This document shows, piece by piece, positions 37,421 through 51,470 of a DNA stretch of 64,000 bases. This stretch comes from Marsupella aquatica. Its lineage: Eukaryota > Plantae > Marchantiophyta. Position numbers and translations under genes: made by a program. The stretch spans positions 24,375,971 through 24,439,970 of the forward strand of contig OZ316892.1 in the NCBI GenBank assembly GCA_973895155.1, in the 5' to 3' direction. How positions within the stretch are numbered: position 1 is the first letter of the stretch; each line of letters begins with the position of its first letter. Below the pieces are notes generated by a model. It had not been told where the DNA came from. It ran no database searches and worked only from the letters and a program-made list of their open reading frames with translations.

Positions 37421-38729
37421 TTGTTTTATTTCCCTTTCACCATGAGCTACTGTAGGTGTTGAGGGTGGTGCCCCCACGAGAGAGCCCACCCCACCAACGT
37501 CAAGGATTCAAAGCCTTCGGCGGTGTGTGGTCCTGTGATGAGCAATGCACTCCCTATAAAGTGGTAGAATAATAGGGCTAGTGCTGTTGGCAACGTGGCC
37601 AGGCTTCACCTGTGGGACATAGCTAGGACATGTTGTGGAGCAGTTGTAAGCGTAGAGAACAGCTTTTAATTACAAGCTATTGTTTCTTTTCATCCACTTG
37701 GAGTTATTTTTTTTATTAATTCCCCTTGAGATTAAATGTGTATGTTCACTCGAGATTATATCTGGACACTAAAATGTGTGAAAACTGTTGCACTTGGGTT
37801 TGCAAAACTGAAGTAATTTTGGAATAGGATAATGTCCTGGTTAGAGTGCATTGTGAGATGTAATGGGGCATCAAAAAAACAAGGGCCGTAGGTCAACTTA
37901 GAGGGGCATCATTGTCATAATGGTGGTAACTAGGACATTAACATACATGCAAACTTGAGTGATGTTTTAGTAAACAAAAAAGGTAATCTCTGAAATAGAA
38001 AATTGAAGTTAAAGGGCCATGCAAGAAGTGTTTGCTATGCAATTGGCAAAACATACCAAGGAAGGGTAAAAGCAAATCTTGTGATTGCTTTGATAAAATT
38101 TACTATTTGATTTCTATGATATTAAAACTGTATTTGGTTTGTATGTTTCCTGCATTTACGGTATTTGGCATATTTCACTCCTCAAGACAATTTGTGTTCT
38201 ATGGGAAATTAATGCAGTCATAAATACAAATGCATCACAAAAGTCTTTATCTACCATCTCACATTAAATCTGGGCAGTATAATGTGTGGAAACTATTGCA
38301 ATTGGCTTTACAATAACTGGAGTCCATGTAGATACTGTATCTACCAATCCTACATCCTAAGCAATGGCTGAAATTTAAGGTGGCTTCAAATTTAGGACAA
38401 TTACAAACTTCAGCTCCCACATTCGAGGCTCTTTCAAAGGATTTGCACTTTCATAATTCATATGGAAGATTTTTGGTTGCACTCACCTTAACAACTAGAT
38501 TGAAGTGTTTTCCCACAAATAAGTCACCCTAACTTAGGTACATAGCAAGTCCTGTTTGCAGAGCATTGTGGTGCGATGCACTGAAAATAAGAGCTTGAGC
38601 TGTTGTTCGCTCATAATGCTCTAGAAATGGGACCTTAATTTAAGACCTCAGATATTACTGTGTTTACTGAATGTGTACAAGCACAGGAAAATCTTGCTAA
38701 TGAGTTAATCCACATCTTGATGGGGGATT

Positions 38730-39430
38730 CTTTTCCATAAAAAATGTATTTAAAATTACACAAGAAAAATATAACGAAGGCCGAGCACAAAGGGAGTTTA
38801 AGAGCGTACATCAGAACTTTTCCATAAATGCCCTAAAAATTACACACGAAAAAAATCACCAAGGTAATTAAGAGCATACATCATAACTTTTCCATAAATT
38901 CCCTGAAAATTACACAAGAAAAAAAATCACGAAGGGAATTAAGAGCGTACATCATAATTTTTCCATAAATGACCTGAAAATTACGAGGTATTTGTTTGAT
39001 CAACCCCCAAAATGAAATTTGTTACTTGATTGACCCCCTGAGGTCTATCAATGGTCCAGATCTGAGATAGAAAGGTCCATCAACGGTCCAGATTGGGGAA
39101 AAATATGGAGAGGGTTGATTAAACAAACTTTTTCCAGAAAGGGGTCTACTAAGCATATCTCTCTGAAAATTACAAGGAAAAAATCCAGACTGGTAATCAC
39201 ACATCAAATTGTATTCATGGATTGAAAGAAAAAAATTAAGGTTATCACTATATGCAGGGGTGTTGTACATAATATATAATATATGTCATATTTTGTTGTG
39301 CTCTTATCGAGACCCAGAAAAAATCACAAAAGAAATTAAGAGCGTACATCAGAACTTTTCCATAAATGACCTGAAAATTACACAAGAAAAAAATAAAAAT
39401 CACGAAGTGAATTAAGAGCGTACATCATTA
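38730..39430. repeat. About 65-bp minisatellite interrupted by a MITE
   Basis: Unit ttttccataaatgacctgaaaattacacaagaaaaaaatcacgaagggaattaagagcgtacatca, about 6 copies. Confidence 0.85.
38985..39163. mobile_element. Mutator-like MITE (179 bp)
   Basis: TIR-like ends gaggtatttgtttgatcaacccc / ggggtctactaagcatatctctc. 10-bp TSD tgaaaattac at 38975-38984 and 39164-39173. The TIR resembles that of the 20900-22274 element. Confidence 0.75.
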
Positions 39431-40959
39431 GCTAAGTAAGCATCAGCTTATTTCCCGGAACTAATCACGTACCTCCTAACCTCCAGGAGAAACTGTTGGG
39501 TGAAGTGCAGTTCGGTAAGAGGTCGAAATGTCGAATGCGCTTTCCCAAGGGAAAAAAAATACGAGGTCGCCAGTACGGTGTGAAGGCAGGCGCATGAATC
39601 TTTCTCTCGAGCGGTCCTCGCTCGAAAATGCCTTGGGATGGCGGAATGACGTCGTCGATGATGGACGGTGGAAGGACTGGACGACGATGACGACGACGAG
39701 GCACTATGAAGTGTGCACAACGTGCTGGCCTGGGACGCTATGTGTCAAAGTTGCACTCGCAATCGCCCGGGTAGTCTGGTCTGTGCTAGAAAGCATCGTG
39801 TAAAGTTGTGGGCTAACAGAGATCGCAACTTCGCACGGATGTGACCGATGGAAGTGTACCTCCTCCCAGCCATGTCCGCCAGCTGGTGCGGTTCCGAGGT
39901 TCTCTCGCGGAGCCATGACTGTGGCGGGCGGAAGAAATTCCATTCCGAGCAAAGTCAGCTGGAAATTTGGCCATCGGGGGCCCACAGGAAAAAGCCACAG
40001 AACCATCCTACTGGGATCATGTCGAAAGTTCGGGTACGTCGCAGCATACAGTGCCTTGGCTCTCGAATGCTTGGCATGGCAGTTGTCGATCTCGTCCGCC
40101 CTACAGAGACAAGAAGGCGAGCTAGATTACAGGGCTGGAACTCTTCCGAAAGGCTGATGAGAGCCTGAGAATTTTCTAGCTAGCTAGAACCACCGAAACT
40201 GCTCCACGGTTGGTAGGTAGTTGACCGCCACCTTGTATGATATTTGTGAGGACGCGAATGCAGATCGGCAGAAGTCGTCACGTAACGGATTGATGAGGCC
40301 GAAAAATGAAGGATCAAGGTGCAACGAGAGAAGTCCTCAGCTGTTCTACTTCAATCAACAGTTTGAAGAATTCGTTACACGGGAGAGGTTGGAGGACTAG
40401 TTCACTTCTTGACGTAGCTCGCAAGCGGCCGGGCTGAAACGTAGACCCTTCGCTGGTCTTTTATACAATGTTTTTCTATTAGTCATCTGTCACGTGCAGT
40501 ACTCGTCGAGATGCTCGCCGTGGCTCTCGACGACCGGTTCTTCACAATTTGCGTTAGAGCTATACAATTTTAGCTCTGCATTCACACAAAGGAGATAAAT
40601 TTCCGACTTCCCTACCTCCGATCCTTCTCGGATTGCAAGGTGTTCCTTTCCCACATGAGTTCCTTCTGCGAAACTAAATAGCTTGAATTCTTTGGGTAAA
40701 ACATACTGAGGATTATCGTGTACAGAGTCGTGAGTACCGTTGTCGTCGCATTTGCTCGGCAAATAGACTTTCAAGAGCTTTCCATCGAAAATAACTGAAG
40801 AAGAATCGAATTGGTCCTTTTCTTTTCCGATCAATCGGTGTTGTTTTGCGAGACTCGGGCTCTACATGAAGCGATAGAGAGCTTGAACGAGGGAACTGTC
40901 ATGGGGCACTATGAATTGCGTAGAGTGATTGAGAACAGCGATCCTGGACGACAGTAGAT

Positions 40960-43900
40960 ATGACGAGCGGTCCAAATTGGCTCCGTGAGCAAAAGTCAGA
41001 CCTGGCTAGCAGCGTCGTGTCGTTGCGGACGGTCGCCTTGGTAGCACTACTCATAGTAACTCTTATCACGGTCTCGAATTGGGGTGGCGATGGCAGAGGG
41101 GGTCGTTGGAACGACGGAAAACTTGCACTGAGTCGAAGAAACGGTACAAAAATTGACGTACACTTGCCTCTTCTGGTGGTTCCATTGTTTGTTGTTCCAT
41201 GCAGAAGAATCAATCTTGATTAACCATCATGAGAGGTGTGCAGCATGCATAATGACATATTCTTGCTTGAGCTCTGCAAACAACTTGTCTTTCACTAGAC
41301 AAGGCTTCTTAGATTTGTGAAGCCTAATTTGCAAAATGTTGGTGGGATAGGAAGCAGCACTCTAGCCTCACGTATGTGTGATACTTGTCCAGTCCACTAT
41401 TTCCGTTTTTACCGGGTCAGTCTGGGTTGGAAGTAATCATACGGTAGTTTGTTTCTGGATTGATCCAGAAATCCACTCATATTGGATTCTGTTGGCTCCG
41501 GCCTAAGAGTGACTTTCTGATCGATGTTCCACTCCAATCTAACTATGGGTTTATGACAACAGCGGCTCAGCGGCTTTTACCTAAGTAACCGGAAAACAAT
41601 TTATGATTTCATTCATGTACTGGACACTAGCTACTGTCTCAGACTGTTTATGACTGTCACAACTTGATGGAGTATGTGCCCTCACAATTCTCAATACTAA
41701 TTCTGTTTCAGAAGTAATAATTCCTTGAAGGTGTACCGCAAAATTTTTAGAAGGGAGACAGAGTGGTCCATCGATTATGTCAATCGAATCTTGTAGTACT
41801 AGAGAGGTAGTAAAAGGAATTGTGTAGAAGGCTTCGCTTGCTGTGAGCTATTGGTGAATTTTCTTATCCCTGATGTCTCCCAGGTTCAATTGTATTAGAC
41901 ACCGAATGATGGGCTGACGCCTTCGATGAGAACAGTAAATTAAACAACAGGACACCTCTGATTGGGGGATTGATATATAGACAGTCGTTCATTCTGTTAC
42001 TCAAACAATTATAAACAATCTTAAGAAGAGATCTCACTGGAGCTTCTAATCTAGTTATAATTGTGTGCGTACCTAGACAAACGTGGGCTGTAGAGCCTTC
42101 AATTCTGGGCTTCTGGCTCTAGAACTAGAATCAAATCCAATTCCCGAGACTAGTTATTCACCACTGAATTGGTGAGATAATTATTGTTGTACAGCTTCCC
42201 CAGAACCTCTCCAATCAACATCGGATTGCTCGTGACTTCCATGCGCGTGCACATGCATTGTTGGGCCGCTAGATCGGAAAGGGAGTGAAGTAATGATTTT
42301 AGTGTCGTACAAGTTTTTTGTTGTGCAAGGCGCCCCTAAATTTCGGTACAGTGTGTACCGATGCAGATCATGTTGGGGCCTGGGCAGAGGATCCCGTAAT
42401 GGTTGGGTAGTCTGTGTAAGAGATACAGAGTCTCTGAGAGAGGGGCTACTGGATGTACGTTCTCTATGACAACAATTGGGTAAATATTAATGAAGCGCAA
42501 TCGGCCAAGATCACTGAGTGCAGATATTGATGCAAGTGGTGTATTTCTGTGTGGGCTGTGGGATAAATAAGATTCGGGCAGCGATATTGATTGCGACTAG
42601 GTGCATTGCTTCCTTTTATTAAATTTCCTTTTCGTCGATGAGGAAACTCATCTTGCGTGTCCAGCGTGCCTCCACATTTCAGATCGCGCCAACGTGGCCT
42701 CACACGTAAAGACAAGAGTTGAGTACGTTTTGAAGAGGGACTCATGATTGTGCCGTGCTGTGGTCCTTTGGGCTAAATTGGTTGTTTATGAACGATATTG
42801 TTATACTGTGGCAGGTGACAGTCTCAGTTCTAAACACGAAGGTCTTGCGTCCGGGTTCGGCAGTAGGGTCCTTCTGCAAAGCGGAGAAGCTGGTATCAGC
42901 AGTACGACGAATCAGAGGCCATTGGCTGTGAAGAGAGGCCGCTATGATCCCTTCAAGGATTTTCATAAGTATCGGGGCGGGTACGACGTGAAAAGCAAGC
43001 ATTACTGGGGGGTACTGTACTTCGATCTTCTACTCACAACTCCTTCCGTTCTAATGTTCTAACCTGTATCTTACCACACGAATTGATCTTGCTGGAAGTC
43101 CTATGATATTATCTTTATCCACTCTTGGTACAAGAAATTGGTCGACTGATTTGGCACATTCCCTTTGAAAAGTTGTACTGCAATTCTGCATTTGATTGCA
43201 TTCTAAGTTGCACAAGATCTCATTGTCTTGCAAACTGTCAATTCGTAAGGTCTGGTCCCTGGTCCCTGGTTCGTTGTGAATGTCTAGGTCTGGTCGGTGT
43301 CCCTGACTGTGAAGGTCGTCCGGTCTGGTCACTGGTTGCTCAAATTGTGACCTTAGTCCATCCCTTTGAGCAAATCCCGACTCGTGAGGAATCTACTCCT
43401 CCCCACAACCGTGTGGCACCGGTTTACTGGAACGGAGCCGTGCGAAGAACCGTTACGAATCCGCAATGAGTACGAGAGTCAGATGTAAGTTAGTCTTACA
43501 TTGGTTCGATAGTCTGCATTCCGCCAAGTCTAATATTTAATAACTTCTCAAGCTTCCAGGCGAAAAAACAAAAGAATAAAAGTCAAATATTTTAATGTCG
43601 AGATGGGCATGTCAGAGTAGCAATGAGAACTTCCATAATCACTGCCGAACAATTTTACGTAATATGTGCCTAGCAGCGGTACCGTAGTTTACTGTAATAC
43701 TTGGCAGAACTAGACTGTGTAACCCAATTAAGTAAGAGTCCCATTTTCCTACCTACGATTTCAGGCTTTCAGTGAGGTCCAGTTCTATTGAATTTGCTTA
43801 CTCTGCTGTCTAAGACTTACGTTCACAATCAGCGATCTAGGATGAGGACTCTGTCGTGCTTACTCTGCTGTCTAAGACTTACGTTCACAATCTGCGATCT

Positions 43901-46900
43901 AGGGTGAGGACTCTGTCGTCCATAGATCCTCAACTAACTCTCGAAGTAACTCTTTAAGTCCGTACAGAGTCTTCATTTTGCTGACTTGAAATACATACAG
44001 AGTCTTTTGTTGGCTGTCTGACTTGAAATGCATACAGAGGCTTCTGTTGTTGGCTGACTTGAAATGCATACAGAGTCTTCTGTTGTTGGCTGACTTGAAA
44101 TGCATACAGAGTCTTCTCTCTGTACAATGAGCCTCTTCTAAATTGAATGAGGCGCCAAAGTCGTTAGGGCAGAGACTCCAACTCATTCTATAGAGTAGTG
44201 CCATTGACCACTGTATGCCTTTTAACAGGAACTTGTTCGTTGAGTTTGTTTTAGGAGTGGCTTAAACTCCCTAATAACTAGACTCAAATCTGCAGATGAG
44301 TGCAGTTCCTCACATAGTGTAGCACTTTAGAATATTGAAGAAATCAGGTGGAGTTTAGGATGTCTCAATTGTGTTCGATGGTGGCATCTTGTGGCAAGCT
44401 ACCATTGAACTCGCAACAAATCGTAAGCCGAGTATGCATTAGCAGAGAGCAGGAACTTCTCGGGTGGCAATGCCCACTAGCTATCAAGATGGTCAATTGC
44501 CAACTGGACTAGTGGTGATGGCCGTGCCTTGCTTTGGGGAGCTCATTGAATTTTGATCCTTTTTGAAATATGCAGACGAACCGGCAAAATGATTGAAGTC
44601 TCTAGAGTGACAATCTCCACTTTTCATTTTCTTACCAATTGAAAATCTCACTGTCATGTCTGGTGCTGATGACCGTGCCTTGATTTTTGGGAGCTTAGTG
44701 TTTTGATCTCGTTTTTGAAAATGCAGAGGAACGGGCAGAATGATTTCAAGTCTCTAGACTCTAGAGTGATACTCTCCACTTTTCTCATTGTATTACATTA
44801 AAATCTCACGGCCGTACAGTCGAGATGGGAAGCTAATTTAATATTCCGTATAATTTGTAGAAAGGAAACTAGAATCTGTAGAAAGGAAACTATTGGGGAA
44901 CTTTAATAATTGTCGTCTTTGTGGCTTGAAAGGTAACGCGAAATGCTCTGTCTTTATTTCCTGGGAAAAATCTGACTGGTTACTAGAGAGTCGCAGAGTC
45001 TGTTAGCTGCTGTAGCACGGTACACTCGAAGGCATGTGAAAAGCACATGAAAATTGCACAAGCCAAAAAAAACCCTGACCAATCATGGTGGTCTCATAAA
45101 TTGGTTGTGCTGTACGTACAGCTAGTTGTCATTTACATAGAACAGTGAAGTACGCTGAAAATGTGGTCTCGGGCTTGCGAAGCATATTGCAGGATTCACA
45201 ACTAGGCAGTCATTGACGGTCTGATATTATGATGGAGATCATTTTTAAGGAATCTTACGCGAGTGGATGTCGTTATTCTTGCAGTCTCTAGCGTGGACAG
45301 GACTTCCGGCCTATGCGATTGCCGTTGCATGGCTCGTCCTGGGGACTGTCCTTCTACTCTCGGTTTGTTGCGCTCGATGCTGGTGCAGGAAGAAAAGGAG
45401 ACTGACACATGACCGAGCTACTAGTCCTTCCAATGTCTTGTACTTGCGGGTCACCATTTTGATATCTGCTCTCCTTACGATGGTCGCCATGTAAGTACTA
45501 CACGTCGACTCTAGCTGTGCTACCCAAAATCACGGTCCTACACGCATGTTAACTAGTATGTTACCATCGATCCTTCGGTGCAGAAGGATTGTGCTTTCTG
45601 GCCAGCGCATTCCGTGCTACCGTGAGAGTGACTCAATTCTTTAATTTGTGTTCGCTGGGGGGCTCGAACGGTGGACTTTATTGATCAGTACGTAAGAGAT
45701 GATTCAAGTTAACTTGGGTCCATACCTGATGGACCTGACTTGGGACATCCACACGTCACAGTAGATACGCGGTACTTCCCCGCTCAGGAGGGATCGACGG
45801 CTTTGACGCACAACACTGGCTCGAAAGTTGTGATTCACGTCGAATTCACAGTTGCATGGATTGCCACCAACCTTAGTCAAAATTCTAGCTGCGCACTGCC
45901 TGCCTTAACACCAAAATAGAAATTGCTGCCATATATCCATCATATAGGTGCTGCTCCTCAAGGTAGCAGTGCGAGCTTATGTTATGGTCAAATTCTTGAG
46001 CCTGTATATAATTATGAAGCTATACTTGCATTTAATAAGGTCTCTCGGTGACTAATTTTGCCTTTCCATACATTTGCAGTGGGGGCTGTGTAGTGCTGTT
46101 CGTAGGAAGCAGAGACTTCGCCGTGGAGGCAAGGAAGGTGGAGCATGCGTTCAACGATGCTGCAGCCAATGCAACGGGCACCATCGACGGCCTTACGGGG
46201 GCTATTGTGGGTTTGGAACAAATCCTGGAGCCGTTTAGTGGCAGTGCGAGTATCATCACGCGCGGCATTTCTCTCGACACCCTAAATTCCACTCAAAAAA
46301 CTCTTTCCAGGGAGAGCGAGAATATCAGCCACACTGTCAACAAGAGCACGCGCACTCTGGACAAAATAATCACAGCCCTGTAAGATCCCTCATTTGCTTA
46401 AAATTCACGTCGCGGTCCATACGTTCAATCAGGAAACACTATATGCACAAATCAACGGCAGTTGTGATCCAATCAATGGGTGATTTAATCAATGGGATGA
46501 GAAAACTCAGTGGGCTAGACAATGGAAACCGCCACTTCAGGAATATATATGGAGCACTCATTCTCCTACTAGAGTTCATTTTTCGCCCCAGCAACACTAC
46601 CAAGCACTTTTAAGAGTTCCCTCAGGTCAAACGCTGTGAAGTCCAATCCTGCCAATTTGAAGAATGAATCAGATTTGTCTCTCCGGGAAATTTTTGAAGA
46701 TTGGTCTCTGCATGGGGAGAAATGCCCCATGCAATAAACTAAAAATTTGCAAATTTGCCCGGATTGAATCACGATACGAGGTCATGTCCTTTCACTATCA
46801 ACCTTTAAGCAACTTACCGCAATAGTTTGGGCGTCGCTGAACGAATATAACATATCTACTTGCAAGCTTAATTTATCTTAATTCTATTGTGTTGCCTGTT

Positions 46901-49440
46901 GTTTCTGTTTTACTCAAGGGAGATAGCACTTCTGGTCGTGGCGGGTTTGAACTTGATTCTGATAATCGTAGGACCTGGTACGTGGCTTTCTTTCTAGCCT
47001 TTCTTCGCTGTAACAGGTTGGGTCCAGAGTGAGATTGATGTTGTGGTCATGGGTAGATATTTTGATGTGCCCACCTGCCAAAAAGCTTTTAATCCCGCTA
47101 TTAATTAGAGACATGTAGCGTGGTCGTAATTTGTCGTTGGATCAGGTACGTGCAAATGGCGCTGCAGTGTTTGAAGTGTAAATTAATTCTAATTGACGTC
47201 ATGCTTGATATCGCCAGCAATGAGCGTAGAATTTCAGAGGGAGAGAACATTGTTTGTCGGCAAGCTTCCTTGAGACGGACGAACTGACCCTCGTTGCCCG
47301 TGTGCACATATGGCCGGTGTCTGCAGTTTTTGTGCTGGTCCATTGGAAGCGCTCCTTTTATCTGTAAGGGAATTCCTCACTCAAAATCACAATCAGATAG
47401 AAGCGTGTTGAGTACGTCCAGCGAAGAGTCGAATATTGAATCCCTCTACCGTAGATTGTATTCGGAATTTCTTGTATATTTTGATCCCAGAGAGGGTTCG
47501 TTGGGTTTGAGGTTCACAACGTACTAAGATGTGTTTTTCTTGTTGCTGTGAGTAGCATGGTGACCATCGCATGGATCCTCACAGTCCTCACATCGGTTCT
47601 GTTCGGTGTCAGTTTCGTGTTGGACAAGTAAGCCTCCCTGCTATTGCCGTTTTCTATGGTGAGAGCGATCGTTAGGTCAATTTGACTGGGAAATAGCAAG
47701 GGAAATCACTTCTAACAGTTGGTCGCATTCTCTTGAATTATTTTCTCAATCCAGACCCTCAGTTCTTGTGGTCTTAAATAGGACAGGTCTTGAATAGGAC
47801 AGGGAATTCTGTGCAAGAGACATATGCTCACGTAAAATCCGATTGGCGGATTGGATAATATACAGCTGCAATCAGGGATATCGTCATAATTAGAGATGAC
47901 ATATAGATCTGATCAAGATAGCAGCCATCATTTATTCCCTGTCATGTACTGTAGGCTTTGTGCGACGAGTTTGGGATCCCATGTAGACCAGTTTCTTTGT
48001 CTCTGGATTTGACGAGTTTTTTTGGTCTTATATTCTGAGCAGCCTTGTCAAGGACACTTGCGATGCTATGAATGAATACAGGGGAGATCCATACAACACC
48101 ACTCTTGATGCGCTACTTCCTTGCCAGGACTTGATGTCTGCAAGTGGTGCTCTTGCCCAAATTGGTCACGGAATCCGCAATTCTATCACCCAGGTGTGGG
48201 CACTTTCAGTCCGTAGTAGATTGTGAAGTTGTCGCAAGTCACCCCAGTTGTATCCATTCTGAGGCTCAAGAGAATATCACAATTAAGTTAAAATCAAACT
48301 GCAATTATTTGTTATTTGAGGCTTTCGAGTTTCAGTCAAGGATGCTGTGAACAACTTCTAAGAGCCTTTTGCTTGAACAGTCCCAGAAAATATCGTGCCG
48401 GAGGCCTTGCCCCGTGCGTTACCTCCAGTATCTAAGGAAACCCCATTGCAATGTTGCAGGTGAATACCACGATAGTTCAGTTCGAGGGTCAACTGAATGC
48501 CAGTCTTCCAGTACTGTGTGAGCAGATTGGACCGGCTCCTCTTTATCAGTATATTAGCACTTGTCCTGCTGGCACCATTCCCATCTCCGAACTACCACAA
48601 GTAAGACTGGCTGATGCTTTTCACCTCCTCAATTTTTTGTGTCACCAGTTCGACAATTAAGGTCGAAGCCTACAACAACGGACTGAAAGCTAGGAATCGG
48701 TGTACATTTAGTGAAATTAAGTGAGTGACTTTCAGATGTAGCGTTTGAAATCTAAACCTACAGTACTTTCCGCACTCAAAGGTCTAAATACTCCTTAACA
48801 TACAGTAGATACCCTGAAAGTTTAGCCCGCAAACATAATATACAGAGCTCACTCACTGAAACTTCGAGTTTTGATGATACTTGCGTTGGGATACTTGGTG
48901 GGCGATTCTTTCTCTTGAAAATCTTGTAATGTTTCCCCCATGCCGGCCAATATTAAGTCTGTTACTTTATACTATACTAACTCAGTACTTGAGCCTATGC
49001 TTTTGCCTTCATGTTTTCAATCGAAACATGCTTTCCTGATTACGTTGAATGACCGTGCAACCCAGAATTTGCAGATATTCCGATGTACTTCAAATGACAG
49101 TCAGACATGTTCTCAAGAAGGAAAACCCCTCACAGATTTTCAATTTACGGAAGTCGTCGCGTATTCCACGGGAGTTCAGACGCTGCTGAACGTTTATCCA
49201 ACCATTGGCGGACTCACAAACTGTTCCATAGTTGCGCAAACTTTCAATAAGCTCTTGGCTCACAACTGTGGGCCTACCAAGGCGGCTGCCCTTCTTGTCT
49301 GGGATGCCTTCGTTTGTCTGACGACATCGATGATCTTACTCATTCTGTGGGTGCTGGTCCTAACCGGCGGCAACAGGGAACGAAAGGAGCAAATCTTCCC
49401 TGTCGCTGGAAGCCCTTTGAAAAGCAAGATTGACAGTTAG
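40960..49440 (+). CDS. Conserved plant multi-pass membrane protein (Tweety/prominin-like topology; R.DP...F..Y.GG......HYW family)
   Basis: Approximate exons 40960-41143 (hydrophobic leader), 42815-43011 (RYDPFKDFHKYRGGYDVKSKHYWG), 45285-45490, 46080-46379, 46920-46977, 47530-47627, 48043-48193 (DTCDAM.EY...P.NT.LD.LLPC), 48460-48600 and 49075-49440. Several TM segments and Cys-rich loops. A small exon may be missed. Confidence 0.8.
43795..44116. repeat. Intronic tandem repeats (62 bp x2 and about 37 bp x4)
   Basis: tgcttactctgctgtctaagacttacgttcacaatc... is duplicated, then ctgacttgaaatgcatacagagtcttctgttgttgg is repeated. Confidence 0.85.
44510..44812. repeat. Diverged tandem duplication (about 150 bp) in an intron
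   Basis: ccgtgccttg...gggagct...gcaga..aac.ggca.aatgatt..aagtctctagagtga..ctccactttt occurs twice. Confidence 0.75.
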
Positions 49441-50794
49441 CGTGAATTCTTCAGACGATGTACTACGATGGTTTGTACATACCCAAACAGAAGTCCAGAT
49501 CGACAATTTATCCCACCATGTACAGTATTGTTATTAAATTCACTCCAGAATGACTTACACTAGGCTAGCTAAGGGACAATTTTGACCAGACACAAATTCT
49601 GTTGATGCAAAAAGATCGTATGTTTTAGAAGTACAACGTATTGGTAACACACGATGTGACAATCAGCTATAGAGAAGGGGCATACGAATTTGTTGGAGTT
49701 TGAGAAGATTCGTTCCACTGTGGCTTTTTGGGGGTTATGGAGTATTAGTTTCGTAGAGTAGCACGATTGAAATTCAAGGCAGATTTCATCACGTCACCTA
49801 GTTTTTGGGGAGATTGCACCCCATCCTACCTTCAGGCCTGACATTTCAGATCGACTGAGTAGTTCAGCTAGCTAGCTAAATCGAGGCCTGCAAGTAACGA
49901 TAAATTTCGAAGGTACAGATCGAAGAGCCGTCAAGTGAACACTGGTGGAACATCTGGATTATGGAGGACGATCAATTCTTCACTCTTTAATCGTACAGTT
50001 CTTCCATGTAAATTATTTTGTCACCCACGCTGTCTTTACGTGCTATAAGTCATGATCGAGCAGGCGTACAGAATGATGATCTTGGAGACGAGTTTGACTG
50101 CAGACAGTAGCAAAGAGGTGGCGACATTTCATAGTTAGCAATACCAATATCACTTAAGTACGCTCTGAAGTATGACTCATCACGTGATTCTATGTGGCGA
50201 CCAATCGGCAGGCTATGAAGCGTTGCTATTACCACATCCGATGACATCCAGCTGGCCCGAGGGCCGAGGCAGTCGGTCCGAATTAGTTACCAGAGGAGCG
50301 AAGCTGTACTGTGAACTGTGGTCTGTGGAGCTGAAGTCTTCCGTCGTCACTTATCGCATCTATCTGAGGCAAGCTTTATGATCGATCAGTCTCCTCTATT
50401 CGATCGACTTCTACAAGCAGATCATATAGTCTCGTACAATGAACCATTTAATTTGAGCAGGGTGCATGGCTAGCTGATTGCTTGAAAAAAAATTTGTCAA
50501 TGCCACTCATTGATCTGTCACATATACACTGGACGAAGGTGAGCTACAGTTGGTGAGGCTGTAAACGCATGCATTACAGCCTCGTACCACATTGTACCAC
50601 ATTGTGTCATACAGGTTACATAATATGACACCAGGGTGTCCTGTGTCTATGTAGCCACATTATGTTACATTCTTGGATAGTGATGTACCCAAAGTTGGCA
50701 TTAATTAACAATCATTTTATTACCAAGTTGTGACCTGGTTGATATATATCATCAATAGGCATGATCATCAACAGGCATGGAGTGAGTAAGATAC

Positions 50795-51470
50795 ATTACT
50801 TAACAATTATTTTTAATAAATTTTAATAAAATTATTTTAATTTATTATCTATATTATATTAAATGCATTAATTTTTTTAATATATTAAATAATAAATTAT
50901 TAATATAATATTTTTATTGAAAAATTTATAATATATTATAATTTATATAATTATTTTTATTTTAAAATATTAAATATATAAATTTATGTAAACAATTTTT
51001 TCTGTGTTCATGACACAGTTAAAATTTTGAGTTGTTTTTTTGTAAAAGATTTTATATTTGGGAAGTATCTAAAAAAAATTTTCTAAATTTGTTTCACTTT
51101 TTCATCTTTCAATTGAAATTGTAAAATGAAAAAATGAAGAATAAATTCTAGAAAAACAAATTAACCATATAAATATAAGTACTTCAAATACATAAATATA
51201 TACAATTTATTTAAGAAACCGATGACATGAAAAAAATTACTAACAAATTTTATAAAAAATAATAATTTTAATTTATAATTAATAATATATTAAAAATTTT
51301 ATTATTTATATTACATATTAAAATAAATAATTTATAATTATTATTTTATTTTATTATTCATATATTAATTTAATAATTTATAAATTTATAATTTTTTTTA
51401 TATAATAATTAATATATTTTTAATTTTAATTTATAAAGAGAATGAATTTTCTTTTATCTTATATATAAAC
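50795..51470. repeat. Extremely AT-rich low-complexity tract
   Basis: Almost pure A/T blocks flank a slightly richer core; likely the interior of a degenerate non-autonomous element. Confidence 0.7.
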
